From assembly GCA_964398485.1 (NCBI GenBank), contig CAYNMD010000003.1, positions 1,334 to 65,333 on the forward strand: 64,000 nt of DNA, in the 5' to 3' direction. The notes beneath the pieces were generated by a model. The model saw only the letters and a program-made list of their open reading frames with translations. It was not told the DNA's origin and ran no database searches. A program made the translations under genes and the position numbers. Origin of the DNA: an uncultured Bdellovibrionales bacterium. GTDB lineage: Bacteria > Patescibacteriota > Minisyncoccia > Moranbacterales > UBA1568. Positions 10,511-20,222 of this stretch are shown here, piece by piece (position 1 is the first letter of the stretch; each line of letters begins with the position of its first letter).

Positions 10511-10570
10511 GCCATTTCGAAAAGAGCTCTCATGATATACTGGAGGCGCTGATTTGATAAAGCTAAATGT

Positions 10571-10945
10571 ATGGCAAAATATGTCGATGGATTTGTGCTG
10601 CTGGTACCTAAGAAAAACCTCGAGGCGTACAAGAAAATGGCCAAAGAGGGTGGAAAGCTCTGGAAGGAATACGGAGCGCTTGATTACAAAGAGTGTCTTA
10701 TCGATGACGAGAAGCCTCAAGGGGTAGCCGTAACTTTTCGTAAATTGACTCAGGCGAAGCCAAGCGAAGTAATCGTCTTTTCATTTATCACCTATCGTTC
10801 CAAAAAACAGCGCGATGAGATCAATGCTAAGGTGTGGGCTTATTACGACAAGAAATATGCTGGCGACGAGCATCCGCCCATGCCGTTTGATATGAATCGC
10901 ATGTCTTTTGCTGGTTTCGAAGCCTTTGTGGACATGGCATCATAA
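10571..10945 (+). CDS. DUF1428 family protein
   Basis: YVDGFV..VP...AY, W..YGAL.Y.EC, MPFD..RM..GF. Confidence 0.85.
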   Translation: MAKYVDGFVLLVPKKNLEAYKKMAKEGGKLWKEYGALDYKECLIDDEKPQGVAVTFRKLTQAKPSEVIVFSFITYRSKKQRDEINAKVWAYYDKKYAGDEHPPMPFDMNRMSFAGFEAFVDMAS

Positions 10946-10984
10946 AATTCCTTTTGAAAGAGAGGCTAGTGCTACAATAAAAGC

Positions 10985-11494
10985 ATGGATACTCTCTCGC
11001 ATGCTTTGTATGGTGGTGTCGCTTTTGGTCGCCGCAGCCGGTGGAGTTATTGGCTGGCTTTCTTTTTTGGGATGGCGCCTGATCTTTTTTCGTTTGGTCT
11101 CTTTTTCCTTACTAATCTCTTCGGTATTACCGAGCGTCCTGATTGGTCAGCGGGGCCGCCACCAGAGTCGCTTATCCCAGGATATGTTCATGGGATGTAC
11201 GACATTACTCATAGTCTGGTCGTTTTTGCTGTAGTTTTTGCTGTAGTCTGGATTATTCGGCACCGACCATTATGGGAAATGCTTGGTTGGCCGCTCCATA
11301 TCCTCGTGGACATCCCGACCCATTCTTCGGAGTTTTTTCCGACACCTTTTCTGTGGCCGATTTCCGACTTTCATGTTGATGGTTATCCATGGAGTCGTCC
11401 AGAAATTTTTATTCCCAATGTTCTGTTGCTCATAGCTCTCTACGTCTGGTTTTGGTGGAAACGAAGGAAACAGCAAGAATCAAAAATGCTATGA
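10985..11494 (+). CDS. Membrane-bound metal-dependent hydrolase-like protein
   Basis: MDTLSH, GMAPD, ITHSL, LHILVDIPTH. Confidence 0.7.
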   Translation: MDTLSHALYGGVAFGRRSRWSYWLAFFFGMAPDLFSFGLFFLTNLFGITERPDWSAGPPPESLIPGYVHGMYDITHSLVVFAVVFAVVWIIRHRPLWEMLGWPLHILVDIPTHSSEFFPTPFLWPISDFHVDGYPWSRPEIFIPNVLLLIALYVWFWWKRRKQQESKML

Positions 11495-11763
11495 AAAGAT
11501 ACTGCTACCTTATTTTGTTTATGGTCCTTGGGTTTCTCGTAGCTACTTTGATTCATGGTGTTCTCGAGATCCCCCTTCTTTTCTGGGTGCAAGCTGATCT
11601 TGAGATGGGTCAAACCAATTGGCTTTGGGAAATTTGGCCAATGACTCATCAAATAGGGGGTGTGTTTTTGTGGCTCAGTGGGACAGTAGTCGGATTTTTC
11701 TTGGGAAAAAAATTTTGGCGCATACTCTATATCGAAAAGCGCTACGGGACTCCGCGGTGGTAG
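11491..11763 (+). CDS. Hypothetical membrane protein
   Basis: Two TM segments, FWRILYIEKR tail; ATGA overlap with upstream stop. Confidence 0.6.
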   Translation: MKRYCYLILFMVLGFLVATLIHGVLEIPLLFWVQADLEMGQTNWLWEIWPMTHQIGGVFLWLSGTVVGFFLGKKFWRILYIEKRYGTPRW

Positions 11764-11814
11764 CGCTTGAGAAAATATTTTGACCCGAAGCAGTGTTCTG
11801 CAACGGGCCATGGG

Positions 11815-12036
11815 TTAGTTGACGAATTCATCGCCACCCTCGTCAGTCGAGGTGCGATTGACTGCTTTGGGATACTGATCAATCATTCCAACCCCAAAGA
11901 GTCTGGGATGCTGAGCGATTAGCACCCCGAGTGCTTCGCTAGGAGTGCCTCCTTCGTGGCCTGAGTGAGCGTTCTCGTTCTCATGAGCGTAAGCCTGATA
12001 GCCGGTAAGGGTTCGACGTATGATTATTTTGATCAT
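11815..12036 (-). CDS. ORFan expression cassette (73 aa)
   Basis: Minus-strand TTGACA-17-TACACT promoter (12129-12101), GAGGAG SD, downstream hairpin ~11780-11812. Confidence 0.6.
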   Translation of the reverse strand: MIKIIIRRTLTGYQAYAHENENAHSGHEGGTPSEALGVLIAQHPRLFGVGMIDQYPKAVNRTSTDEGGDEFVN

Positions 12037-12122
12037 CCAGACTCCTCTTCGGGAAGATTTCTGTCAACGTATTCCGCATCTTGCTCGAGCGGGAGAGGGC
12101 AGTGTACAATGACGGCATTCTT

Positions 12123-13112
12123 ATGTCAATTCGAACTGAACGTATCAATTTTTTCCGGCAGACTGTCCTAGATTTTCTCGAGAAATCTGGACGCTCTGAA
12201 CTTCCTTGGCGGAAGAAAAAAATCACTCCTTATGAAGTGTGGGTGTCTGAGGTTATGCTGCAGCAGACCCAGGTATCGCGTGTTATTGACTATTATCGTC
12301 GCTTCCTCAAACGTTTTCCAACGGTAGAGAAACTAGCACAGGCTCATTGGGAAGTATTCCTTCCTTACTATGAGGGGCTTGGCTACTATGCTCGGGGTCG
12401 GAATATGCTCCGAACGGCGAAGGCATTGGTAAAGGAGTACGGAGGACGATTTCCTCGAACAGTGTCAGAGCTGGAGCAGCTACCTGGTATTGGACCATAT
12501 ACAGCAAGGGCTATTGCCAGTTTTGCCTACGATGCCTCAGAGTTAGCGTGGGATACTAACCTCAAGCGAGTGCTTGGACGTTTCTTCTTTGGTGGGAAGG
12601 ATCGAGTGGGAGAGGAAGAGATGATTATGTTGAACAAAACCCTTGGAAAGGGAGCGCGAGAACTCAATGCTGCTCTTATGGATTTTGGGAGCGCCCTCTG
12701 CACGGCTCGGCCAAAATGTGCGAATTGCCCTCTCCAAAAGCGGTGTCAGTATTTCAAAGATCGGGGAAAACAAGAATTAGGGGCTCTTGTAAAAAAGGCA
12801 GCAGGATCTCAGAAGAAGGGGGATCAATCGCTCGTATTTTTACACGAGCGGCATCAACGCTATTTTTCGTCTCAAACAAAGCATTATCGGCCATTTCTTT
12901 TGCCCCCGGGGTATCTTACACGAGCTGCTATCAAAGAATTTTTTTTGAAAGAGTATAACCTTTCGGTGGCGGTACGCCCACCACACAGCGTGGCAATTCT
13001 TGGGGGAGTATCAGTATCCCTGGTCCATGCTCAGATTTTACTTGGAGAGCCCTCTTTCTCTGTTTTTCCCAAATCGGCCGTTGTCGAGTATACTAAAAGG
13101 GAAAAATTATAG
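12123..13112 (+). CDS. mutY: A/G-specific adenine glycosylase
   Basis: LPWR, WVSEVMLQQTQV, GLGYY.R, LPGIGPYTA HhH, CxxxxxxCxxCxxxxxC Fe-S motif. Confidence 0.9.
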   Translation: MSIRTERINFFRQTVLDFLEKSGRSELPWRKKKITPYEVWVSEVMLQQTQVSRVIDYYRRFLKRFPTVEKLAQAHWEVFLPYYEGLGYYARGRNMLRTAKALVKEYGGRFPRTVSELEQLPGIGPYTARAIASFAYDASELAWDTNLKRVLGRFFFGGKDRVGEEEMIMLNKTLGKGARELNAALMDFGSALCTARPKCANCPLQKRCQYFKDRGKQELGALVKKAAGSQKKGDQSLVFLHERHQRYFSSQTKHYRPFLLPPGYLTRAAIKEFFLKEYNLSVAVRPPHSVAILGGVSVSLVHAQILLGEPSFSVFPKSAVVEYTKREKL

Positions 13113-13120
13113 GTACGCTT

Positions 13121-14179
13121 ATGCAAGTACGCCAGCTGAATGTGTATTTCTTCTTCTTTCTCCTTATCGGCGGATCAGTGGTGGCGTTTTATATTTTCCA
13201 GCCATTTTTGACAGCTATTCTGGCTGCCGCCATTCTCTCTATTTTGTTCAAGCCACTCTATCGATTCCTTACCCAATCTTTCCGAGGGAGTGAAATCTGG
13301 GGTTCATTTGCTGCCTGTCTCGCGGTTGCTCTCCTGATCGTAACCCCGATTATTGTTACGTTGTCATTGGCAGTAGTTGAGGCCAATAATCTCTACCAAA
13401 CTATTGCTCAGGACCAAACCATTGACGAGCTTATTCACTCAGGTGTTGGTTATCTCAATAGTCAGCCGCTTACTCATTATGTATTTAGCGAGGAAATTCT
13501 CAATCCTGATAAAATCGCGAGTGATATCAAGACTTTTGGAACCAATGCCCTGAGTATTCTTCAGACGGCTTATCAGAGTGTAACGCACTTCTTCTTCTGG
13601 ACGTTTATTATGTTTTTCACCCTGTTTTATCTCTTTATCGATGGAGAGAATGCCTTCCGATATCTCTTGCGGCTGTCGCCACTCAAGAATGAACACGAGA
13701 AGTTGTTGACCGAGAAATTTATCTCTATCAGTCGAGCTACTCTCAAAGGGACATTGGTGGTAGGGACGGTCCAAGGACTTCTCGGAGGGATCGCTTTTTG
13801 GATAGTGGGAGTGCCATCGCCAGCTATTTGGGGCCTTATGATGATTCTTCTTTCGATGATTCCACTGATTGGTTCAGCTCTCATCTGGCTTCCAGCAGCC
13901 CTCTTCCTCCTCTTAATTGGTGATATTTGGCAGGGGGTCTTCCTTTTGGCTGTTGGCTTTGGTGTGATCTCTGTTATCGACAATATTTTACGGCCACGCT
14001 TTGTGGGGAAGGATACACAGATGCATCCTCTGATGATTTTCTTTGCTATTATCGGAGGGATCACTTATTTTGGTCTCCCAGGGTTTGTGATTGGACCCAT
14101 CTTTATTTCCCTTTTCCTCGCTCTGTGGGAAATCTATGCTGTTGAGTTCAAGACCCAGCTTGAGCAGTTTAACGCTTAA
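13121..14179 (+). CDS. AI-2E (PerM) family transporter
   Basis: Multi-TM; IDNILRP, MHPL..FF..IGG, G.VIGP. Confidence 0.88.
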   Translation: MQVRQLNVYFFFFLLIGGSVVAFYIFQPFLTAILAAAILSILFKPLYRFLTQSFRGSEIWGSFAACLAVALLIVTPIIVTLSLAVVEANNLYQTIAQDQTIDELIHSGVGYLNSQPLTHYVFSEEILNPDKIASDIKTFGTNALSILQTAYQSVTHFFFWTFIMFFTLFYLFIDGENAFRYLLRLSPLKNEHEKLLTEKFISISRATLKGTLVVGTVQGLLGGIAFWIVGVPSPAIWGLMMILLSMIPLIGSALIWLPAALFLLLIGDIWQGVFLLAVGFGVISVIDNILRPRFVGKDTQMHPLMIFFAIIGGITYFGLPGFVIGPIFISLFLALWEIYAVEFKTQLEQFNA

Positions 14180-14190
14180 GCCCATTTCTT

Positions 14191-15012
14191 ATGATTGAGT
14201 GGTGGCAGACGCTTCCTCAGTTTATTGATCCAGTTGCCTTTTCTCCGTTTGGGTTTCCAATTCCTTGGTACACCATCTGTTATCTTCTGGGGGTTATTTT
14301 TGCAACCATTTTTTTTGTGAGTCTTTTGAGGCGCAAGGGGCTAGTGATTTCCGAAGATGGAACCATAGAGCTCATCGTTTCAGTACTCTGGGGAGTAATT
14401 ATTGGAGCTCGACTTGGCTATGTGCTCTTCTATGGAGATAGTAGTTATTGGGAGGAACCATGGAGGATTATTTCCCCATACGACTTTACTCTGGGTGAAT
14501 GGATAGGTATCCGGGGACTCAGTTTTCATGGTGGACTTATCGGAGGAGCAATTGGTTTGTGGCGATTCACTCGTGAAGGAAACAGGGATTTTTGGGGAAT
14601 AGCGGATGCTTTGGTACAAGCGGTACCTATTGGGATTTTATTTGGCCGGTTGGGGAATTTTTTGAATCATGAAATTCCGGGCAAAATTACGGAACTCGCT
14701 ATAGGCATGCAGTGGTTTTTAGAGGAGGGGGTATTGCGCCATCCCGTGACGCTCTATGAGGCACTTGCTGAAGGAGGGTTACTCTTTTTCTTCTTGGTGC
14801 TGGTCAATCGATTACAGGCGAGGTCTGGTAACGTTACAGCCCTCTTTCTTATTGGATATGGAGTGATTCGGTTTGTTATGGAATTTTTTCGTGAGGTAAG
14901 CATCATTCAGAGTCTGGGTATTACTGCAGGCCAGGCACTATCAACAGTACTTGTTTTATGGGGAGTACTCCTTCTTTTTAGGCAATCTCGCCAACCGCTT
15001 GTGGTACAATAG
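14191..15012 (+). CDS. lgt: Prolipoprotein diacylglyceryl transferase
   Basis: GARLGYVLFY, GLSFHGG, GRLGNF.N.E, RHP..LYE, RF..EFFR. Confidence 0.93.
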   Translation: MIEWWQTLPQFIDPVAFSPFGFPIPWYTICYLLGVIFATIFFVSLLRRKGLVISEDGTIELIVSVLWGVIIGARLGYVLFYGDSSYWEEPWRIISPYDFTLGEWIGIRGLSFHGGLIGGAIGLWRFTREGNRDFWGIADALVQAVPIGILFGRLGNFLNHEIPGKITELAIGMQWFLEEGVLRHPVTLYEALAEGGLLFFFLVLVNRLQARSGNVTALFLIGYGVIRFVMEFFREVSIIQSLGITAGQALSTVLVLWGVLLLFRQSRQPLVVQ

Positions 15013-15058
15013 AAGGGTATAGTTTCTCGAGATCTTCTCTATAGAGCACGCTTCTATC

Positions 15059-16057
15059 ATGCGTCGATCATACCAAAATCAACATCACGAACCATTATCT
15101 ACTCGCCGTATTCTTGATGGTGTAGTACGGGGTGTTTTTGACACACCGAAGCCAGTTCATTTTGAGAACAAGCCACTGGTTACTCCACCAATGGTACGAG
15201 CCAGGAGACAGCTTGATGCTGTGCTGCTTCGAGAAAAAGAAAAGCGGGGCTGGTCATATCGAACGTCTCGAGTGGCGAGAGTGCTCTTTTTTCGTCGGCT
15301 TCAGATATGGAATCGAAGATTTATGCGACGCCTGGGCCGTTTTCTCCCTGATTTTGACGGTATCCCGCCTAAAAAAGCTCTGTATGCATCCCTTATTGGA
15401 GGGGTAAGTTTTGGCATGGTAGCCATGTCAATGTTTCAGGGTTTTACCGATAAAAATGCCGAGGCTATGCCGGTAGCCACTGTTGCAGAACCTGCTTCTC
15501 AAGAAGTGATTAGTCGCGAGCTTGGTATCGAAAATCAAAGGTATAATCCAGATAATGATATTTTCCTTCAATTCTTCACTGAATCTGAAAAAGAGGAGTA
15601 CGGTGAGCAAATTCGTTCACTGGTGGCTGGGTATCCAATCGAGGACATGCTCCCTTATATTTTGGAAAAGGATCGGGTAGTAGCTGCTTTTTTGGTTGGT
15701 ATCGCCAAGAAAGAGTCTAACTGGGGGAAACGTGTACCAGTCTTGGATGGTCAGGATTGCTTTAACTATTGGGGCTACCGAGGTGTGCGGCGACTGATGG
15801 GTACGGGTGGACATACCTGCTTTAATAGTCGTAAAGATGCTGTTGATACGGTAGCTAGTCGTTTGGAAAAACTCATCCATTCTAACAAACTGGATACTCC
15901 GGCTAAGATGATTATCTGGAAGTGTGGGTATAGTTGTGATGGACATAGTCGTGAGAGTGTTCGCAAGTGGATCGCTGATGTTGATATGTATTTCCAGGAG
16001 CTTCAGGGAACGGATGAAGAGGATGGTTTAGTGATGAATCCAGCAGTTACTCCATAG
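15059..16057 (+). CDS. Membrane-anchored protein with glucosaminidase/lysozyme-like domain (paralog 1)
   Basis: One TM, then GIAKKESNWGK..NYWGY, resembling the GH73 ESxWG/NxxG motifs. Confidence 0.55.
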   Translation: MRRSYQNQHHEPLSTRRILDGVVRGVFDTPKPVHFENKPLVTPPMVRARRQLDAVLLREKEKRGWSYRTSRVARVLFFRRLQIWNRRFMRRLGRFLPDFDGIPPKKALYASLIGGVSFGMVAMSMFQGFTDKNAEAMPVATVAEPASQEVISRELGIENQRYNPDNDIFLQFFTESEKEEYGEQIRSLVAGYPIEDMLPYILEKDRVVAAFLVGIAKKESNWGKRVPVLDGQDCFNYWGYRGVRRLMGTGGHTCFNSRKDAVDTVASRLEKLIHSNKLDTPAKMIIWKCGYSCDGHSRESVRKWIADVDMYFQELQGTDEEDGLVMNPAVTP

Positions 16058-16097
16058 GTGTTCGGTCGAGAGAGGGTTTTATAGAGAAAAAAACAAT

Positions 16098-16190
16098 ATG
16101 CAAGAAATGAAACTTGATCTTAGGCGGGTGGCCCCACTCGCGTTAGGGCTTACTACATTGGCTGTGATGGCGGCTTTTCTTTTGGCCTAA
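16098..16190 (+). CDS. 30-aa hydrophobic peptide (not in ORF track)
   Basis: MQEMKLDLRRVAPLALGLTTLAVMAAFLLA*, followed by a terminator-like hairpin. Confidence 0.4.
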   Translation: MQEMKLDLRRVAPLALGLTTLAVMAAFLLA

Positions 16191-16226
16191 CTCTTCTTTT
16201 GAACCGAGTCTGGCTGGTTTTTACCG

Positions 16227-16251
16227 AGACCCTTCGGGGGGCTCTGTTTTT
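16227..16251 (+). terminator. Intrinsic terminator
   Basis: gagacccttcggggggctc followed by tgttttt. Confidence 0.55.
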
Positions 16252-16400
16252 ATTATATTGACATTATTTAAATTTTATTGTTTAAATTTAAATTTAAAAT
16301 ATTCAAAATAATGCTTTATATAAGCCAAAATTTTTTAAAAAGTGGTGAAAATTGATTGACGGGAGGGTATTTTTTTGGTAGGATTGAGCTTGTGTCTTTT

Positions 16401-17210
16401 ATGATACATTCTCCCTACAATTGCTTTCCAGGTCGTCAGGCCTTAGTGGTTTCCTCCCTTCAGAAGCGAGTCTTCTTGAGGAGTGCCTCTCTTTTCCTCC
16501 TGATTTCTCTCCTTGGTTTTTCTTTCTTCGTCCCTCCTTCGGTGATGGCGGCAGAGGCTCCTTCCCTAGAAAAAGAGGAGACTTTGGAGTTTTCGTTAGA
16601 TGATTTTGAACAGCGGTTTTCATTGGGTAATCAAACCAAGGATCTTTGTGCATGGGAACGTGATTTGGGGTTTTTCCTCTCTCGTGAGCGCGCTACCGAA
16701 AGTAGGGTTGAGACTATTGATTGTACCGAAAGACTACAGAATACTGCTTTGCGTGAAATGAAACCGGAGTATCAATCTGGCGATAGCGAGCTCAAGCAGG
16801 AGATTCAAGAACTTGCCAAAGGATTCCCTCTTGAGGAAATGGCAGGAGCTATTGCTCGCTATGATAGAGAAATTGCTGGTCTTATAGTTGGTATCGGAAA
16901 GAAAGAATCAAACTGGGGAAAGCGAACTCCTAAGCTTCTCGGTGAGGAATGCTATAACTATTGGGGCTATCGAGGAGTGGGTACGCGCGGGTTTACCCCG
17001 GATGGTTATGGTTGCTGGGAGAAGCCTGAAGAAGCCGTCAAGGCTATTGGTGACCGATTGGTGAAACTACGTGAAATCAGGCTTAGTGCTGAACCAGCTC
17101 GGATGATTGTCTGGAAATGTGGTAATTCCTGTGCTGGACATAGCGACGAGAGTGTTCGCAAGTGGATTGCTGATGTGAACTTTTATTTCCAAGAAATCGC
17201 GAGAAATTAA
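16401..17210 (+). CDS. Secreted protein with glucosaminidase/lysozyme-like domain (paralog 2); start uncertain
   Basis: Signal-like segment ending VMAAE; GIGKKESNWGK..NYWGY..WKCG.SC.GHS.ESVRKW shared with 15059..16057; the track's TTG start at 16356 is a -35 box. Confidence 0.55.
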   Translation: MIHSPYNCFPGRQALVVSSLQKRVFLRSASLFLLISLLGFSFFVPPSVMAAEAPSLEKEETLEFSLDDFEQRFSLGNQTKDLCAWERDLGFFLSRERATESRVETIDCTERLQNTALREMKPEYQSGDSELKQEIQELAKGFPLEEMAGAIARYDREIAGLIVGIGKKESNWGKRTPKLLGEECYNYWGYRGVGTRGFTPDGYGCWEKPEEAVKAIGDRLVKLREIRLSAEPARMIVWKCGNSCAGHSDESVRKWIADVNFYFQEIARN

Positions 17211-17226
17211 TTTGGACTATCATCTG

Positions 17227-17257
17227 AAAACACCTCGAGAAAGTGGGGGTGTTTTTT
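17227..17257 (+). terminator. Intrinsic terminator
   Basis: aaaacacctc..gggggtgtttttt. Confidence 0.65.
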
Positions 17258-17316
17258 ATTTTTCAGTATAGTCCAAAGGGGGTGGTATACTAAAAATATA
17301 AGTCTTGTCTTGAGAT

Positions 17317-18255
17317 ATGAGTTGGCTCGCATACGCCCTTGGTGGTTATCTTTTCAATGCGGTAACAGCAATTTTTGATAAGTTTCTTCTCTCTGATCGA
17401 GTCAAGGAGCCGTGTGTGTATGCTTTTTTTGTGGCCGTACTTTCCCTTTTTGCCATTGTATTTGTACCGTTTGGAGTACAGTGGATTCCTTGGCAAACGA
17501 TCGTGGTATTTGTGATTTCTGGTGTTTTGTTTCTGTACGGCTTGGTTGCTTTTTACAATGCCGTAAAACGTAGTGAAATTTCACGAGTGGCCCCATTAGT
17601 AGGGATTGCTATTTCAGTGATTGCTGGAGTGGCTTCACTCGCCTTTGGACCAGCGGCTACGATGTCGTTTTCACCGCTCAATTTTCTTTCCTTGTTTCTT
17701 CTTTTGGGAGGTGCCTTTTTGGTCGCTTTTGATTTGCCACTCAAACCCAATGATGCACTCATGAAGTCGACGCTGCTGGCAGGTGCTTTGATGGCTCTCT
17801 CACTCATTTTTCTCAAGACCGGCTATCGTAATGCTGATTTTATCAATGGTTTAGTTTGGTCGAGACTTGGTTTTGTGCTGGGGGGATTTTCTCTCTTTAT
17901 TATTCCGCAATACCGCAATGCTATCCTGGAGAGCACGCACGCTATGACGGTGGCAAGTAAAGATAATTTTGTAACTGGATCACTGTTTGTTCTCAATAAG
18001 GTATTTGGTGCGGTGGCTACTTTTCTTCTAACCTATGCTGCTTATCTAGGTCCCATTACCTTTATTCAGGCGCTCAACGGCATTCAATATGCTTTTGTTT
18101 TACTTTTGGCTTTACCACTTTCTTTTTACTTCCCTCATATTTTTGAGGAGAAATTATTATTTTGGGATTGGGCCCAGAAAGTTTTTGCTGTGCTACTGAT
18201 CATTTTGGGGATGTGGCTTGCTGTTCATTCGGGAGTGGATTTTCTTTTTCTCTAA
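17317..18255 (+). CDS. EamA/DMT-like membrane transporter
   Basis: About 10 TM helices; DKFLL, E.SRV.P. Confidence 0.65.
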   Translation: MSWLAYALGGYLFNAVTAIFDKFLLSDRVKEPCVYAFFVAVLSLFAIVFVPFGVQWIPWQTIVVFVISGVLFLYGLVAFYNAVKRSEISRVAPLVGIAISVIAGVASLAFGPAATMSFSPLNFLSLFLLLGGAFLVAFDLPLKPNDALMKSTLLAGALMALSLIFLKTGYRNADFINGLVWSRLGFVLGGFSLFIIPQYRNAILESTHAMTVASKDNFVTGSLFVLNKVFGAVATFLLTYAAYLGPITFIQALNGIQYAFVLLLALPLSFYFPHIFEEKLLFWDWAQKVFAVLLIILGMWLAVHSGVDFLFL

Positions 18256-18258
18256 CCT

Positions 18259-19287
18259 ATGCAGAACTGGAAAGGGGTACTTAAGGTAATCACTATCACA
18301 CTACTCAGCCTTCTTTTGTGTATTGGGACAGTGTTTTTGTATTTTAATCTACCTGGCCCCATGCCCCGTGAAGATGTTCATCTCGGCATGACCTTTTCTT
18401 CTCGCTATGCGACCGATCTTGGTCTTGATTGGCAAGAAACATATCGAGCGCTTCTCTACGATATGGGAGTCAAGAAACTACGTATACCGGTGTATTGGGA
18501 TTTGGTGGAGTCAGAGCCCGGGAAAACTTATTATGCTGACGTTGATTGGCAGATAGAAGAAGCAAAGAAGGCTGGGGCAGAAGTTATTCTCTCTGTTGGT
18601 CAACGGGTCCCGCGCTGGCCAGAATGCCATATTCCAGGTTGGGCTAAAGAAAAAAGCGATGAAGAGCGCCAGCAGGCACTCAAGGGATTTCTTGCTGAAA
18701 CTGTAAATCGCTATAAACACGAATCAGTAATTACAACTTGGCAAGTAGAGAACGAGCCCTTTCTTGTTTTCTTTGGTGAGTGTCCACCACTTGATGTGGG
18801 CTTTCTTGAAGAAGAGGTGGCTCTCGTAAAGGCGCTCGATGGAGAGAGACAGCGACCAGTGCTTTTGACTGATAGCGGTGAACTTTCTATTTGGACAAGA
18901 GCGGCCAAACGGGGTGATATTTTTGGGACGACCATGTATCGCATGATTTATAAAGGCGGGTGGGGATATGTTACCTATCCAATTGGGCCAAATTTTTTCC
19001 GAGCCAAGGAATGGCTGGTGAGGCTTGTCACTGATCAGGAACACTTTATGGTTATCGAACTTCAGGCGGAGCCCTGGGCTAATGGTTGGGTGGGAAATGT
19101 TTCGCTTCCCGAACAATTTATTACGATGAATGAAAAACTCCTCGAAGAAAATGTGACGTACGCGAGAAGGGTAGGATTTCAGGATATCTATCTGTGGGGT
19201 GGGGAATGGTGGTACTGGCTTAAAACTAAAAAAGACTATCCAGCTGTGTGGGAAAAGGGGAATGAGTTGTTTGAAAAGTATCGATAA
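18259..19287 (+). CDS. Membrane-anchored clan-A glycoside hydrolase
   Basis: LRIPVYWD..E, PRWPECH.P.W, WQVENEP acid/base, ELQAEPW nucleophile-like. Confidence 0.75.
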   Translation: MQNWKGVLKVITITLLSLLLCIGTVFLYFNLPGPMPREDVHLGMTFSSRYATDLGLDWQETYRALLYDMGVKKLRIPVYWDLVESEPGKTYYADVDWQIEEAKKAGAEVILSVGQRVPRWPECHIPGWAKEKSDEERQQALKGFLAETVNRYKHESVITTWQVENEPFLVFFGECPPLDVGFLEEEVALVKALDGERQRPVLLTDSGELSIWTRAAKRGDIFGTTMYRMIYKGGWGYVTYPIGPNFFRAKEWLVRLVTDQEHFMVIELQAEPWANGWVGNVSLPEQFITMNEKLLEENVTYARRVGFQDIYLWGGEWWYWLKTKKDYPAVWEKGNELFEKYR

Positions 19288-19298
19288 TTTATTACGAT

Positions 19299-19715
19299 AT
19301 GAATTTGAATAAAGAGATGGTCATTAAAATTGTGCATAGTATCAACATTCTATTGATGGTATGCTTTTCCCCTATCATGTTATTCGTATTTCTTTTTGCT
19401 TTATCTGATGTAGTAGATCGTTCGAACTTCACTAGTCCACTGGTTATTGAAGCTTTCGGATATCTACTGGTAGTGGTATTTGGTTTGCTCGCTTTAAAAA
19501 AGCGACATTTGCTTTTTATCAGCCTGTTAGGGTGGGTGCTTTTGTGGTGGGGGAACTATATGGATATAGACAATGCTCAGAAGGGAGAGCAGTTCGCTTG
19601 TGTGACGATGAGACAAGATCCGCTTTGTGTCGAAAGAGATGATGGGACTATGGAGTGTAGCGGGGGCACTTTAGCTGGTGTGTATCCACAGGTCTGTAAT
19701 GGAATCTCAAAATGA
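19299..19715 (+). CDS. Hypothetical membrane protein
   Basis: Three TMs and a 4-Cys C-terminal tail. Confidence 0.55.
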   Translation: MNLNKEMVIKIVHSINILLMVCFSPIMLFVFLFALSDVVDRSNFTSPLVIEAFGYLLVVVFGLLALKKRHLLFISLLGWVLLWWGNYMDIDNAQKGEQFACVTMRQDPLCVERDDGTMECSGGTLAGVYPQVCNGISK

Positions 19716-20200
19716 TTCTTATACTCGACAATATTCGGAGTGCTCACAATGTGGGAGCAATATTTCGGACGGCGGATGGAGCTGGTATTGAGAAGCTGTA
19801 TTTGGTTGGGATTACTCCTCAGCCAACCGCAAAAAAGCTGTATCTAACCGATGCCGAAAAAACACTTCGAAAAACAGCGTTGGGAGCAGAGGAGAACGTT
19901 TCCTGGCAATCAGTGAAGACGATTGGGCCGCTCCTGAAAAAACTCAAGGAGGAAGGGTATATTTTGGTAGCTCTCGAGCAATCAGAACAGAGTGTCGACT
20001 ACCGATCATGGCAACCTCCTCGGGGTGGTTTGGTGGCGCTCATTGTGGGCAATGAAATAGAGGGGGTATCGACCAATGCTCTCAAACAATGCGATGTGAT
20101 TATTGAACTTCCGATGCGAGGAAAGAAGAATTCCCTTAATGTATCGGTAGCAGCTGGTATTGCCATGTATCACCTGTCAGCTACAATGGAGAAGCAGTGA
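19712..20200 (+). CDS. TrmH/SpoU RNA methyltransferase
   Basis: LDNIRS.HNVGAIFRT.D, GNE..G, LPM.G.KNSLNVSVA. Confidence 0.9.
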   Translation: MILILDNIRSAHNVGAIFRTADGAGIEKLYLVGITPQPTAKKLYLTDAEKTLRKTALGAEENVSWQSVKTIGPLLKKLKEEGYILVALEQSEQSVDYRSWQPPRGGLVALIVGNEIEGVSTNALKQCDVIIELPMRGKKNSLNVSVAAGIAMYHLSATMEKQ

Positions 20201-20222
20201 CCTGATCTAAGTAACAGTATGA

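Noticed and set aside
16250-16345. AT-rich tract as replication origin
   Set aside because: No DnaA-box cluster seen; more likely an upstream promoter region.
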